Sequence record: NC_027399.1
Reading direction: 5' to 3' (one strand)
DNA: 64,000 nucleotides
Shown here: in pieces, positions 40,420 to 50,022 of the stretch
Layout: each line of letters begins with the position of its first letter
How positions within the stretch are numbered: position 1 is the first letter of the stretch
The notes under the pieces: generated by a model
Database searches by the model: none
Told to the model about the DNA's origin: nothing
The model's input: only the letters and a program-made list of their open reading frames with translations
Translations under genes and position numbers: made by a program

Positions 40420-40767
40420 TTATACAGATGGTATACTAATAAGGGGTTTCCATATACCGTTGTCTTTGATAAAAATATTAACGATGTTGGTTGTATCAAT
40501 TTGGTAATATACATTACCATCTTCACCTGTACTGGAATCTGGAATATCTGTTCCTCGTAATATAGTACTGTTTAATTTAGTATTAAGATGGTTTAATGTA
40601 ACCAGATGTTGATCTTTGGTAGGTTCACCAGCTTCCACTGGCAATAATAGTGTGCCTTCGTAATTATAAATTTTTACATCGGTACCATCTGTGCTTAATT
40701 TTGCACCATTTTTACCAAGAACAAAATCCTTCTTCATAGTCCCTTCTAAGTTAGAAAAAATTGCCAT
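40420..40767 (-). CDS. short tail-fibre-like protein
   Basis: GTDIPDSSTGEDGNVYYQ motif. Confidence 0.6.
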   Translation of the reverse strand: MAIFSNLEGTMKKDFVLGKNGAKLSTDGTDVKIYNYEGTLLLPVEAGEPTKDQHLVTLNHLNTKLNSTILRGTDIPDSSTGEDGNVYYQIDTTNIVNIFIKDNGIWKPLISIPSV

Positions 40768-40779
40768 TATATCATCTCC

Positions 40780-41895
40780 TTAGATATTGTCGCTAATAGG
40801 CAGAGTTGGTGCTTGCCATGATAGTGTACAAATAATTGTCATATTACCATATGAACTTAAATTAACTGATTCATTAAAAATACAAGAAATTATTTCGTCT
40901 TTATCAGAAACAATGTGATTTGTTTCATTGATTACATATCTACTTTGCATTGATATATCAAAATAATCATAACCAGCAATAACAGTACCACCAATATCCT
41001 CATTTGCTTCCCCACTGAAACGAATTTTCATATCAGTTACTGGTGGTTCATACCCCTGTGTTACATTTACTTCGATATTAGTGACAAGATATCCAGCAGG
41101 ACAAGTACCAATAACCAGTACTGTATTAGTGTATGAATGATCGATAGTGTTCACTATAACAACTATATCCTTACCGGCATCTCCTTTATCACCCTTCTCA
41201 CCTTGCAAGCCTTCTTTACCACGAAATTCAATGCCAGTGCTCCATTCTTTTTGTACTGGATCTGTATTTTCCACAATATCTACATAATATAATTTACCAT
41301 CACTTGTGTTATAGAAACAATAATCTTCTGGAAGATTAGTAATATCAGGGAAAGTGCTTCCGGTACTATCAATGTGGAATCTACCGCGTGGACCTACTTC
41401 ACCCCTGAAGCTAATACCGCTCGACCACGTTTGAGTACTGGAATCATAAAAATAAAGTTTTCCATCATTGGTATTATAGAAAGTATAACCATCAAATAAA
41501 CCCGAAGTAGGGAATACCGTACCAGAACTATCTATATGGAATGGTTTACCCTGTTCACCTTGCTCACCTTTTCCAAATTCAACCGAATTCCATGTGCTTG
41601 ACTCACCTGGATTTGAAGTTTTAAAATACAAAACACTTGTGGAATTTGCTAAGCTCAGATAGCTCCACCCAATAGTTTTATCTGTATTAAAATCACTGTC
41701 AGGTATTTCAAAACCAATTTCGTTTGGATAAAAATTACTTCCATCAGAACCGTCATGACCGACAACCAGACCTAAATCTTCAATGGTATTATCTGCATAA
41801 GTTACAATCAAATGACCATCTGTGCTGATTTTCATACTTTTAATACCAGAATTATTACATGAGCAATTGGACCCATTATTAAATGAAATTGTCAT
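40780..41895 (-). CDS. collagen-like repeat fibre protein
   Basis: Gly-X-Y runs plus duplicated FHIDS.G..FP...FYNT.DGKLY...WS.GI.FRG module. Confidence 0.7.
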   Translation of the reverse strand: MTISFNNGSNCSCNNSGIKSMKISTDGHLIVTYADNTIEDLGLVVGHDGSDGSNFYPNEIGFEIPDSDFNTDKTIGWSYLSLANSTSVLYFKTSNPGESSTWNSVEFGKGEQGEQGKPFHIDSSGTVFPTSGLFDGYTFYNTNDGKLYFYDSSTQTWSSGISFRGEVGPRGRFHIDSTGSTFPDITNLPEDYCFYNTSDGKLYYVDIVENTDPVQKEWSTGIEFRGKEGLQGEKGDKGDAGKDIVVIVNTIDHSYTNTVLVIGTCPAGYLVTNIEVNVTQGYEPPVTDMKIRFSGEANEDIGGTVIAGYDYFDISMQSRYVINETNHIVSDKDEIISCIFNESVNLSSYGNMTIICTLSWQAPTLPISDNI

Positions 41896-42012
41896 ATTTA
41901 TATCCTTTAATGAATATCATCTAGAAATATTTATCCAGTACTATACTCTTTTGGTTAGTATATAAAGCACAATAAATAAGTTAAAGTTCATAATAAAAAG
42001 GGCTTAACGATT

Positions 42013-42510
42013 ATGGCATTACGTTCAAAAAATTTTCTATTCAACAGAAAAGACAGAGATGGAGAATATAAAGATTTTCCAAATAGTGATGTGTGGTATC
42101 CAAACAATGTAGATTATTACTGGGATGAGCAATCAACTCCAATGGCAAGTGGTGGATATTATGGAAGTACTACAGGTTTGCACACAATTTCTTTTACACT
42201 ACGCGAATTTACTGGAAGAATTTATGTACTTGCTACACTAGCAAGCAACCCAACAGATCAAGACTGGTTTCCAATTAAATTTAAAGAAAGTTGTAAATAT
42301 TATCTTGAATTTACGGATATGTCGGTTTATAACCCAATTACCGCAGAAATAAACCGCGAACGTGGTACAACTGGTACTTTTGCTGAAACATTAACTGGTA
42401 ATTTTACATACATTAAAATTGGTATCGATAGAGATTATATCAGTGAAAATCCAAGTGATATACAAAAAGGTGCAGTAGGGTACTTAGAATCTATATTAAT
42501 TAATTTTTAA
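42013..42510 (+). CDS. putative virion protein
   Basis: TAAATA at 41973-41978; divergent from fibre genes. Confidence 0.7.
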   Translation: MALRSKNFLFNRKDRDGEYKDFPNSDVWYPNNVDYYWDEQSTPMASGGYYGSTTGLHTISFTLREFTGRIYVLATLASNPTDQDWFPIKFKESCKYYLEFTDMSVYNPITAEINRERGTTGTFAETLTGNFTYIKIGIDRDYISENPSDIQKGAVGYLESILINF

Positions 42511-42520
42511 GGAATAAGAA

Positions 42521-43126
42521 ATGCTACACAAAGAACAACCAAAATTATTTGTAAAAGGACATGTATTAATAACTGATATCACGGATCCAAATAATGTTAT
42601 TACAGTTTTAGATCGTAGTAATGCGATTCACAGTGAAAATATGTCATATGCAATAGCGAATTCATTATCATATGTTCAAGATAGTACTGGGGTTCCTATT
42701 GGATCTATTAGTTCTATGCATTTTGGTAACGGTGGTAGTACTATCATCGGTACTGGACGTATTTTATATAAGCAGCCAAGAGTAACATCTTTTGGTGGAT
42801 TATATTCAGAAACTTATAAAAAAAATATTAATGCCAGAATTAATCCTGGAATTGATGAACAATACAACTATATTAGTACTGTTCATATCCCAGGTCAATC
42901 ATACTCAGATGTTGTATGTATTTGTACTCTAGGTTTAGGTGAACCAGTTGATCAAAACGCAAGTAGTAGTAATGATTTAGATGGTACCTATGTGTTTGAT
43001 GAATTAGGTCTGTATACTGATGGTGATAGTGGTTCACCACTGTCTCATATTATTTTCCACCCAGTGGAAAAATCAGCCAACCGTGTTTTGCAAATTAAAT
43101 ACACTGTACGCATTCAATTACAATAA
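42521..43126 (+). CDS. putative baseplate/tail structural protein
   Basis: VFDELGL...HIIFHPVEKSANRVLQIKYTVRI. Confidence 0.65.
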   Translation: MLHKEQPKLFVKGHVLITDITDPNNVITVLDRSNAIHSENMSYAIANSLSYVQDSTGVPIGSISSMHFGNGGSTIIGTGRILYKQPRVTSFGGLYSETYKKNINARINPGIDEQYNYISTVHIPGQSYSDVVCICTLGLGEPVDQNASSSNDLDGTYVFDELGLYTDGDSGSPLSHIIFHPVEKSANRVLQIKYTVRIQLQ

Positions 43127-43139
43127 TAAGAGGTATATA

Positions 43140-44252
43140 ATGGCAACGGTTAATTATGTAATCAAAAGAAGTGATGGTACTACATATGCTACCATCCCCA
43201 ACGATGTTATACTAGGTCCAAATCAACCTGGTAGCAACCCAGTACCTCTTAATTTTGTAGGAAGGAATAAGGTTGGATATGGTCAGGCATCAAACGAAAA
43301 CTTTCTACACTTAGTTGAAAACTTCACAAGTTCAAATGCACCTTATGGTAACGTTAAAGGGCAATTATGGTATAAAGCCACTGGTAGTACACCTGGTGAA
43401 TTTCTTTTAGCATTACAGGATAATGCTCAACAACCCGTAGATACTGCAACAGAAGGACAATGGGCTTCTATACCAATGATTACATTGTTTAATACCATAC
43501 CAGATGGTACTAACAGTGTGATGGGTAGAATGATCCTCACCAATAATGGTGATACTCTTCGTGTTCTTATGAAAAATAAAGAATGGAGGGAAGTTTTAAC
43601 TCGTAAACCACAAGCAAAAGAATATGAAGCACTGCTTGATATTAATTATGATAGTTCAGTAAATTATATTGAATTCACACAAACTAACAGTACTAAACCT
43701 ATTGCTTATTTTAATACTGGTGGTGATATGAGCATTGACTCAAATGGTTGGGCTAGTTTTGAAACAGGCAATGGTGTGTTCCAATTTGGAACTAACTATT
43801 TTTATGAAATGAAAATAATGTTCAGGGAAGTTTCGATGGATAGTGGATCATTATTATCTGTCCCTTCTAACTACAAAACGTGGAAAATTAATGGTAGCTT
43901 TTATGTTGATAATAAAGGAACCATTACACCGGGTTCTGTTCCGTGCAGTGATTTACCAGATCCACGTCGTATTGCAAGTTTGGAAACTATTAAAGATGTA
44001 ATCACCAGTGCTACGCTACAAAATGACTGGGACGTTAGTATGGTAATTAATGATATAGATTCATCCATTCCTAACCCTACTGGGGTTACTAAAGCAGCAT
44101 ATGAACAATGGGTTATTAATTCACTTAATAGTAGTAAAACGCTAGGTTTTAGAGTAGATGGTACTGTATCAGGATTAAGTACCGGACAAACTGTAAAAAT
44201 TCAACCTAACATTTCAATTAAAATTCTTGGGATCCCGGCACTCGGTGTATAA
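43140..44252 (+). CDS. putative tail fibre-associated protein
   Basis: GAGG RBS; N-terminal GYGQASNENFLHLVENF..GQLWY motif. Confidence 0.65.
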   Translation: MATVNYVIKRSDGTTYATIPNDVILGPNQPGSNPVPLNFVGRNKVGYGQASNENFLHLVENFTSSNAPYGNVKGQLWYKATGSTPGEFLLALQDNAQQPVDTATEGQWASIPMITLFNTIPDGTNSVMGRMILTNNGDTLRVLMKNKEWREVLTRKPQAKEYEALLDINYDSSVNYIEFTQTNSTKPIAYFNTGGDMSIDSNGWASFETGNGVFQFGTNYFYEMKIMFREVSMDSGSLLSVPSNYKTWKINGSFYVDNKGTITPGSVPCSDLPDPRRIASLETIKDVITSATLQNDWDVSMVINDIDSSIPNPTGVTKAAYEQWVINSLNSSKTLGFRVDGTVSGLSTGQTVKIQPNISIKILGIPALGV

Positions 44253-44259
44253 CAAAAAT

Positions 44260-44287
44260 AAAAAAGGAGCCGATTGGCTCCTTTTTT
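44260..44287. terminator. bidirectional terminator
   Basis: AAAAAAGGAGCC-gatt-GGCTCCTTTTTT. Confidence 0.85.
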
Positions 44288-44288
44288 G

Positions 44289-44762
44289 TTAAAAATATGG
44301 TTCACTATTTAAACTGTTGACAAACACAGTCCCTTTCTTTATACTTTCATACAGAGATTTAAAATCCTTCATTAAATTTTCATTAAGTAGTGTGCTTTTA
44401 GCACCCGGATGTAATCTTAGACTTTTATACGAACCAATTTCTACCCAAGAATATCCAGAGCTTTCGTGATTCAGTACAGGAATAAATTCATTTTCAACTA
44501 CTATAACAAATGAATAATATTTGAATTTACCATTTTTAGTACTGAATACATCAAAAGGTATAATATCTTCAATATCGGGAACAGAATTACCTAATTCTTC
44601 TTGTATTTCTCTGTACAATGCTTGTAATGGTGTTTCATTATTTTGAAGTTTTCCTCCTACAAATCCCCAGTTATTACTATAGGTAGCACTTTCCGAACGT
44701 AAATTGAGCATCATTCTTCCTGTATTCTTGGATAGGAATATAGCACCAACTGCTTCATTCAT
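44289..44762 (-). CDS. NUDIX hydrolase
   Basis: WGFVGGKLQNNETPLQALYREIQEELG. Confidence 0.88.
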   Translation of the reverse strand: MNEAVGAIFLSKNTGRMMLNLRSESATYSNNWGFVGGKLQNNETPLQALYREIQEELGNSVPDIEDIIPFDVFSTKNGKFKYYSFVIVVENEFIPVLNHESSGYSWVEIGSYKSLRLHPGAKSTLLNENLMKDFKSLYESIKKGTVFVNSLNSEPYF

Positions 44763-44774
44763 AGAAACTCCTTG

Positions 44775-46100
44775 TTAGTTTTTATCACGAAATGTAATAC
44801 GCCAATAACCAGCAGTGTATTTTGGTTTAACCGATCTAGACCAACCCAAACGCTTATTATATTTGTAATAATGAGTATCATCTCTGTTATAGATATAATT
44901 TGATACAGTTTCTGGATCAATCAAATCTGCACCTGTGTTGGTTATTTTAAATAGCATATTAGGTTCAATTGATGTATCTTTGTATTGAATAGAACATTTT
45001 GAATTATTAACATAATATTGTTCTGGTATAGCATTATTTAGTTCAGAAATTTTAGATACTAATTTGATAATATTAAAATTCGTACTATACTGCAAAGGAT
45101 CAATTTCAACTGTTAACTTATTTGCATCATCACCACTACCAATAGATGTTACTATCCCCTTTAATGGGTTAGTTTCTTCGATTGCAGTTTGGAATCTTAT
45201 GGTGATTTCTTTATCTTCATAATCTGGATCTAAATACTGGAAATATTTTTTCCATGAATAAATCCCACCAGTATCTGCTTTTGGACTTCCTGATTGAGAG
45301 ATTAAAGTAATTTCAAAAATATTATCCGTTTGTTCTTCAGTACCTATACCCAAATTCTTTGGTGTAAAAACATCAACGATTGGATCTTCAAAATCAAAGT
45401 TCATATCCTTTTCAGGAACATACGTTGTCATATTAGTGTTTATTTGGTTAATTAGTTTTGGTTTTTCAACCCTAGCAGGTAAAGAAAACCATATAGTAGT
45501 TTCGAATTTAAATACTGCAATATCCAAATCAGTATCATTACCCTGTGGTACACCCCTTGTACTAAATGTTGTATCTACCAATTCCACATTTTCAATACTA
45601 GTCCAATCAAGTGGGTTATTGGACATTTGCATTTGTACGCTTGGTGCAAAGAGTGTACAAATTTGTTCCCACAATTCCATTTTAGCTTGCAATTGTGTAG
45701 TCCATATGTTAAGATTGAATACAAATTTATATGGTACTGGATTGTGTCGTGTAACTTTGTACATTTTATCGATTTCGTGTATATAATTACCATTATCATC
45801 AGTTTTATTAGTTGCGAATACAGAAATATCATCTGCATTAGAACGCGTTGATTTTCTATCAACATTTAAGCTTTCTACACTGATAGTCATGATAGGTGCT
45901 GAATTTATGATATTTTCACTACCACTATTAATAATATAAGCAGCCATTTTTGAAATATCTGCATAACGCACCGGAACTTCTCTGTATCGTGGTTTGCCTT
46001 CATCATCAACACCATTTTGTACAGTAAAACCACTGAATAAACGAATAAGATGAGTTAATTCTCTATGAAATTGTCCATCATAATAATAATCTAGTTTCAT
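44775..46100 (-). CDS. tail sheath stabiliser/terminator (T4 gp15-like)
   Basis: YYDGQF, VPVRYAD, PVPYKFVFNLNIWT, WEQICTLFAPS. Confidence 0.8.
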   Translation of the reverse strand: MKLDYYYDGQFHRELTHLIRLFSGFTVQNGVDDEGKPRYREVPVRYADISKMAAYIINSGSENIINSAPIMTISVESLNVDRKSTRSNADDISVFATNKTDDNGNYIHEIDKMYKVTRHNPVPYKFVFNLNIWTTQLQAKMELWEQICTLFAPSVQMQMSNNPLDWTSIENVELVDTTFSTRGVPQGNDTDLDIAVFKFETTIWFSLPARVEKPKLINQINTNMTTYVPEKDMNFDFEDPIVDVFTPKNLGIGTEEQTDNIFEITLISQSGSPKADTGGIYSWKKYFQYLDPDYEDKEITIRFQTAIEETNPLKGIVTSIGSGDDANKLTVEIDPLQYSTNFNIIKLVSKISELNNAIPEQYYVNNSKCSIQYKDTSIEPNMLFKITNTGADLIDPETVSNYIYNRDDTHYYKYNKRLGWSRSVKPKYTAGYWRITFRDKN

Positions 46101-46102
46101 TG

Positions 46103-47566
46103 TTATTCTTTCCTATATTTTGGTGTACTTGCAATATCATGCAATGGCATTCTATCTGAACTGTTGACGAAATTTACAAGTTCTGGGTCTGAACCTAACC
46201 ATGGAATTCTGTTACCATAATCGAATACTACCCATGATTGACTGTCGGCATTGTATTTCCAACATGTGACAGGATTATAGTCAGTTCTGAAAAAATATTC
46301 TCCATCAGTTGGTGTAGATGGAAACTCGGTACCTTCTGGTACTGAACCCCTTTGTGGTGGAATTTCCGGTCTGTAGTTATTAGGATCATCAATAATATCA
46401 TTAATATTAGAAGTATTGAAATTAAATTTTCCTGGGAAATTAGATGGAATAATCCACGAATCATCTTTGTATTGATATACTTGTGAATCACTATATTTTA
46501 CATAAAACTCTATGTTGTTCTTAGGTTGTTTATCTTCCTTACTATATTCAACATCACATAGCAACCAACTATTACTTGAGTTATCGTACTGGTACAATGA
46601 AAAACCACTTACATTAGTACTATCTTCTTTAAAGAAGAAATCACCATCAGTTGGATTGGATGGGAAGTTAATATCATACCCAGTACTGACAACATTCCAC
46701 ACATCATCAACATTCTCTTTAAGTACAGGTTTAGTCTTTTTAAGATATAGCATATTATTAGCTGGTTCTTCTGGGAAGTCATATCCATTTAGCATACTTT
46801 TAGATAGGTCTACATAGTCAATTCGTGGATCATAAAACTGTTCATTATCAAAATTGAGATAAGGTACATCATTTTCAGCTATTGTGATTATTTTATTCAT
46901 TATATCCATTTCATTTTGATAATTACTGTTGTTATTACCATTACCGTTGCCATTATTTGGATCATCTGGGTTATCTGGATAACTATTGTTTTGTAGTAAA
47001 TCTGAGTATTCAGGTGAATCAGTAATGGGTTTGACTCGAATTTTCCATATATGAGCTTGCCACGTAGCAGAATATCCTTCATATGTTTTAAAAGCATCCT
47101 GAACTACATAAAAACGGTTTATACCACTATCTTTACCAATAACATCGAAATCACGTAAATTTGGTAGTTCAATAACATCACCCGGAAGAATCTTTCTTCC
47201 TAAACGTTTCATCATATCGTTATAATGAACAGTTATATCCATTGTATTAAAATCAAAAAACAGGCCAGGGAGTTTCATGTCGGGAGTTGCTTCTTGCACT
47301 TGATAGACACATGAAAATGTGATAGCCTCTAGATTATATTTTCTATTCGAGGTGTCACCAAAAACCCAATCGCTAACACTGTTGATATCAAAACTTGACT
47401 CTGAACTGGAAGTTGTTGTATAATCACCAGTACTGGACGTTGGTTTTTCACCACAGTACGCGTAAAGCCACATGTCAACGCCACCTATGTTGTATTGTTC
47501 GGCAATGGCAGAATCAATAAAAGAGTAATCATTCGTTCTGCCTTTTTTCCACATCTTATAAGCCAT
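46103..47566 (-). CDS. neck/head closure protein (T4 gp14-like)
   Basis: IGGVDMWLY, ITVHYNDM..LGRKILPGDVIELP; TAAATA on - strand at 47597-47602. Confidence 0.75.
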   Translation of the reverse strand: MAYKMWKKGRTNDYSFIDSAIAEQYNIGGVDMWLYAYCGEKPTSSTGDYTTTSSSESSFDINSVSDWVFGDTSNRKYNLEAITFSCVYQVQEATPDMKLPGLFFDFNTMDITVHYNDMMKRLGRKILPGDVIELPNLRDFDVIGKDSGINRFYVVQDAFKTYEGYSATWQAHIWKIRVKPITDSPEYSDLLQNNSYPDNPDDPNNGNGNGNNNSNYQNEMDIMNKIITIAENDVPYLNFDNEQFYDPRIDYVDLSKSMLNGYDFPEEPANNMLYLKKTKPVLKENVDDVWNVVSTGYDINFPSNPTDGDFFFKEDSTNVSGFSLYQYDNSSNSWLLCDVEYSKEDKQPKNNIEFYVKYSDSQVYQYKDDSWIIPSNFPGKFNFNTSNINDIIDDPNNYRPEIPPQRGSVPEGTEFPSTPTDGEYFFRTDYNPVTCWKYNADSQSWVVFDYGNRIPWLGSDPELVNFVNSSDRMPLHDIASTPKYRKE

Positions 47567-47620
47567 TTGAATTCTCCAAATGCATTTTTTATATAGTATT
47601 TAGAGAAGATAAAAAAAGAG

Positions 47621-47650
47621 TTGACATTGCAATTTAATTTCTGATATAAT
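47621..47650 (+). promoter_or_regulatory. sigma70 early promoter
   Basis: TTGACA-N18-TATAAT with extended TG. Confidence 0.75.
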
Positions 47651-47697
47651 GTAATCATAGTTCAATACAAAAGAGACATTTTACAAAAGGAAAATCA

Positions 47698-49985
47698 ATG
47701 AATCTACAAAAACTATTTAAAGTAAGCGATGATCTGGCAACTTCTCTTGGTCATACATATCTTACTATTGACCATATTAGTGCTACACTTCTTGAAGTTG
47801 ATAGTATTGTAGAACTATTCAATACCATGAATATTGATACAAATAAACTTCACAGTCGTGTGATGAATTTTCTGAAAAGTACTGAATATCCAAATCAACC
47901 GGCTAGTATGTCAGCTAATGGGACTAACAGTAGTTCTTTGTTGGTAAATCGCGTATTCAATGAACTGTCAAAAAAATCAGTTATTGAACAACTTAAACGT
48001 GATGATTTTACAATTGATTCATACTTTGTACTATTTGAATGCTTGTCTTTCCCAAATACAGCANAGGCGTGTCTCGCACTGAAGCAGCACGTGCATTACA
48101 AAAACATGTGGCGAAAATCGATAGTTCCATCAATCTACAAAGTATTGCTGAAGATCCTAATTCATCAGATAAGAAAGCGACGGCGGGACAAATGAATGCA
48201 ATTAAACAAAAAACTCTAGAAGATTTTACTGTAAACCTGACTAAACTTGCACAGGAAGGTAAACTTGACCCAATGATCGGTCGCCAAAAAGAACTTCAAT
48301 CACTAATTGAAGTAATGGCACGTAAAAACAAAAAGAATGCTATTCTTACTGGTGATGCAGGAGTCGGTAAAACTCAGATCGTCGATGGTTTTGCACAAGC
48401 CATTGCTGATGGTGACGTACCTGACTATCTGAAAGGTGTTGAGGTATTATCTCTTAACGTTTCTGCTGTAACTGCTGGTACAAAATACCGTGGTGAATTC
48501 GAAGAACGTATGGAAGGTATTATTAAAGAACTTAAAAAACGAGAAAATGTAATTTTGTTCATTGATGAAGTACATATTATGATGGGTGCTGGTGGTAGCA
48601 GCACTGGATCTATGGATATGAGCAATATCATGAAACCTGCACTTTCACGTGGTGATATTCGTGTTATCGGTGCAACAACTTATGAGGAATATCGCCAGAA
48701 CATTGAAAAAGATGCTGCATTTTCCCGCCGCTTCACTAAAATTGATGTAGTTGAACCTAGTATTAACGAAACACGTGAAATTATTAATGGTCTGAAAGGT
48801 ACTTATGAAAAATATCATAACGTAACATTCAGTACTGAAACAATTAACTCAATTATTAATCTGAGTTCTAAATTTTTACAAAATAAAAAGTTTCCAGATA
48901 AAGCAATTGATCTGATGGATAGTGCTGCTGCTAAAATTCGTTCAGAAAAACGTTCAGATCTAAAAGTGACGGTACGTGATATTGAAGAAGTTGTGTCCAG
49001 AATCACAAACCTTGATATTAGTGTTATTTCTTGTACTGAAAGTGAACGCATGAATAATCTACCAGATGTTCTACGTTCGCGTGTATTTGGTCAAGATGAA
49101 GCAATCGAAAAATTGGTCGATAACGTTATGGTTGCACGTGCTGGGCTACGTGATAAATCAAGTGTTCAGGGTGCTTTCATGTTTGTTGGACCATCTGGTA
49201 CTGGTAAAACTGAAATCACAAAAGCACTTGCTGAAGCAATGGGTTCTGAGCTAATTCGTTTTGATATGTCAGAGTTTTCGCAAGACCACACTGTATCTAA
49301 ACTTATTGGTTCACCTCCTGGATATGTAGGACATGAAACAGGAAATGGTCAGCTTCTTGATAAAGTTGAACAATTCCCTAATGCAGTACTTCTACTGGAT
49401 GAAATTGAAAAAGCACATCCAAAAGTACTGCTGACATTCCTACAAGTATTGGATGAAGGGCGTTTGACTGGTTCACAAGGAAAAACAGTTTACTTTAATA
49501 ATATTACTGTTATTATGACTACAAACCTTGGAGCAGCAGATTCCAATAAACGTAGTATCGGTGTAAGTACAGTGGATTCTGCACAAGAAAAAGCTATTAA
49601 AGCATTTTTACCACCAGAATTCATCAATCGCATTGATAGTATTGTTAAATTCAATGAACTATCATCAGAAGCAATTGATAGTGTAATTGACAAGTTTATG
49701 GGGGCATTGCGTGAACAAGTTAAAGAACGTGGAATTGAAGTGGTACTGACCAAACGTGCACGAGAATATCTTGCAGAGAATGGTGTTCAGAACGGCATGG
49801 GTGCTCGTCCAATGAAACGTTTGATTGAACAATGCATTCGTGTACCTTTGGCAAAAGAAATGCTTCTAGGCTCTCTGGTGAACGGTGGTAAGGTAACGTT
49901 TGATGTGATTGATGGTAAGATTGCAATTAAACAAAAAGTTAAAAAATCCACAAAGGAAATTGATTCAGCAGAATTAGAGGCGTAA
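47698..49985 (+). CDS. clpA: ClpA-like Hsp100 ATPase (single gene split by ambiguous base N at 48064)
   Basis: Clp N-domain, GDAGVGKT, LFIDEVH, GPSGTGKT, LLLDEIEKAH, GARPMKR; no ClpB M-domain. Confidence 0.85.
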
Positions 49986-49989
49986 AAAC

Positions 49990-50021
49990 AAAAGGAGAGC
50001 ATAAAAGCTCTCCTTTTTTTT
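49990..50021. terminator. bidirectional terminator
   Basis: AAAAGGAGAGC-ataaaa-GCTCTCCTTTT. Confidence 0.85.
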
Positions 50022-50022
50022 A

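Noticed and set aside
48039-48195. Apparent frameshift splitting ClpA into 165-aa and 648-aa ORFs
   Set aside because: The shift occurs exactly at the ambiguous base N (48064); both halves join in sense (FPNTA..GVSRTEAA), so an assembly gap is more likely than a pseudogene or programmed frameshift
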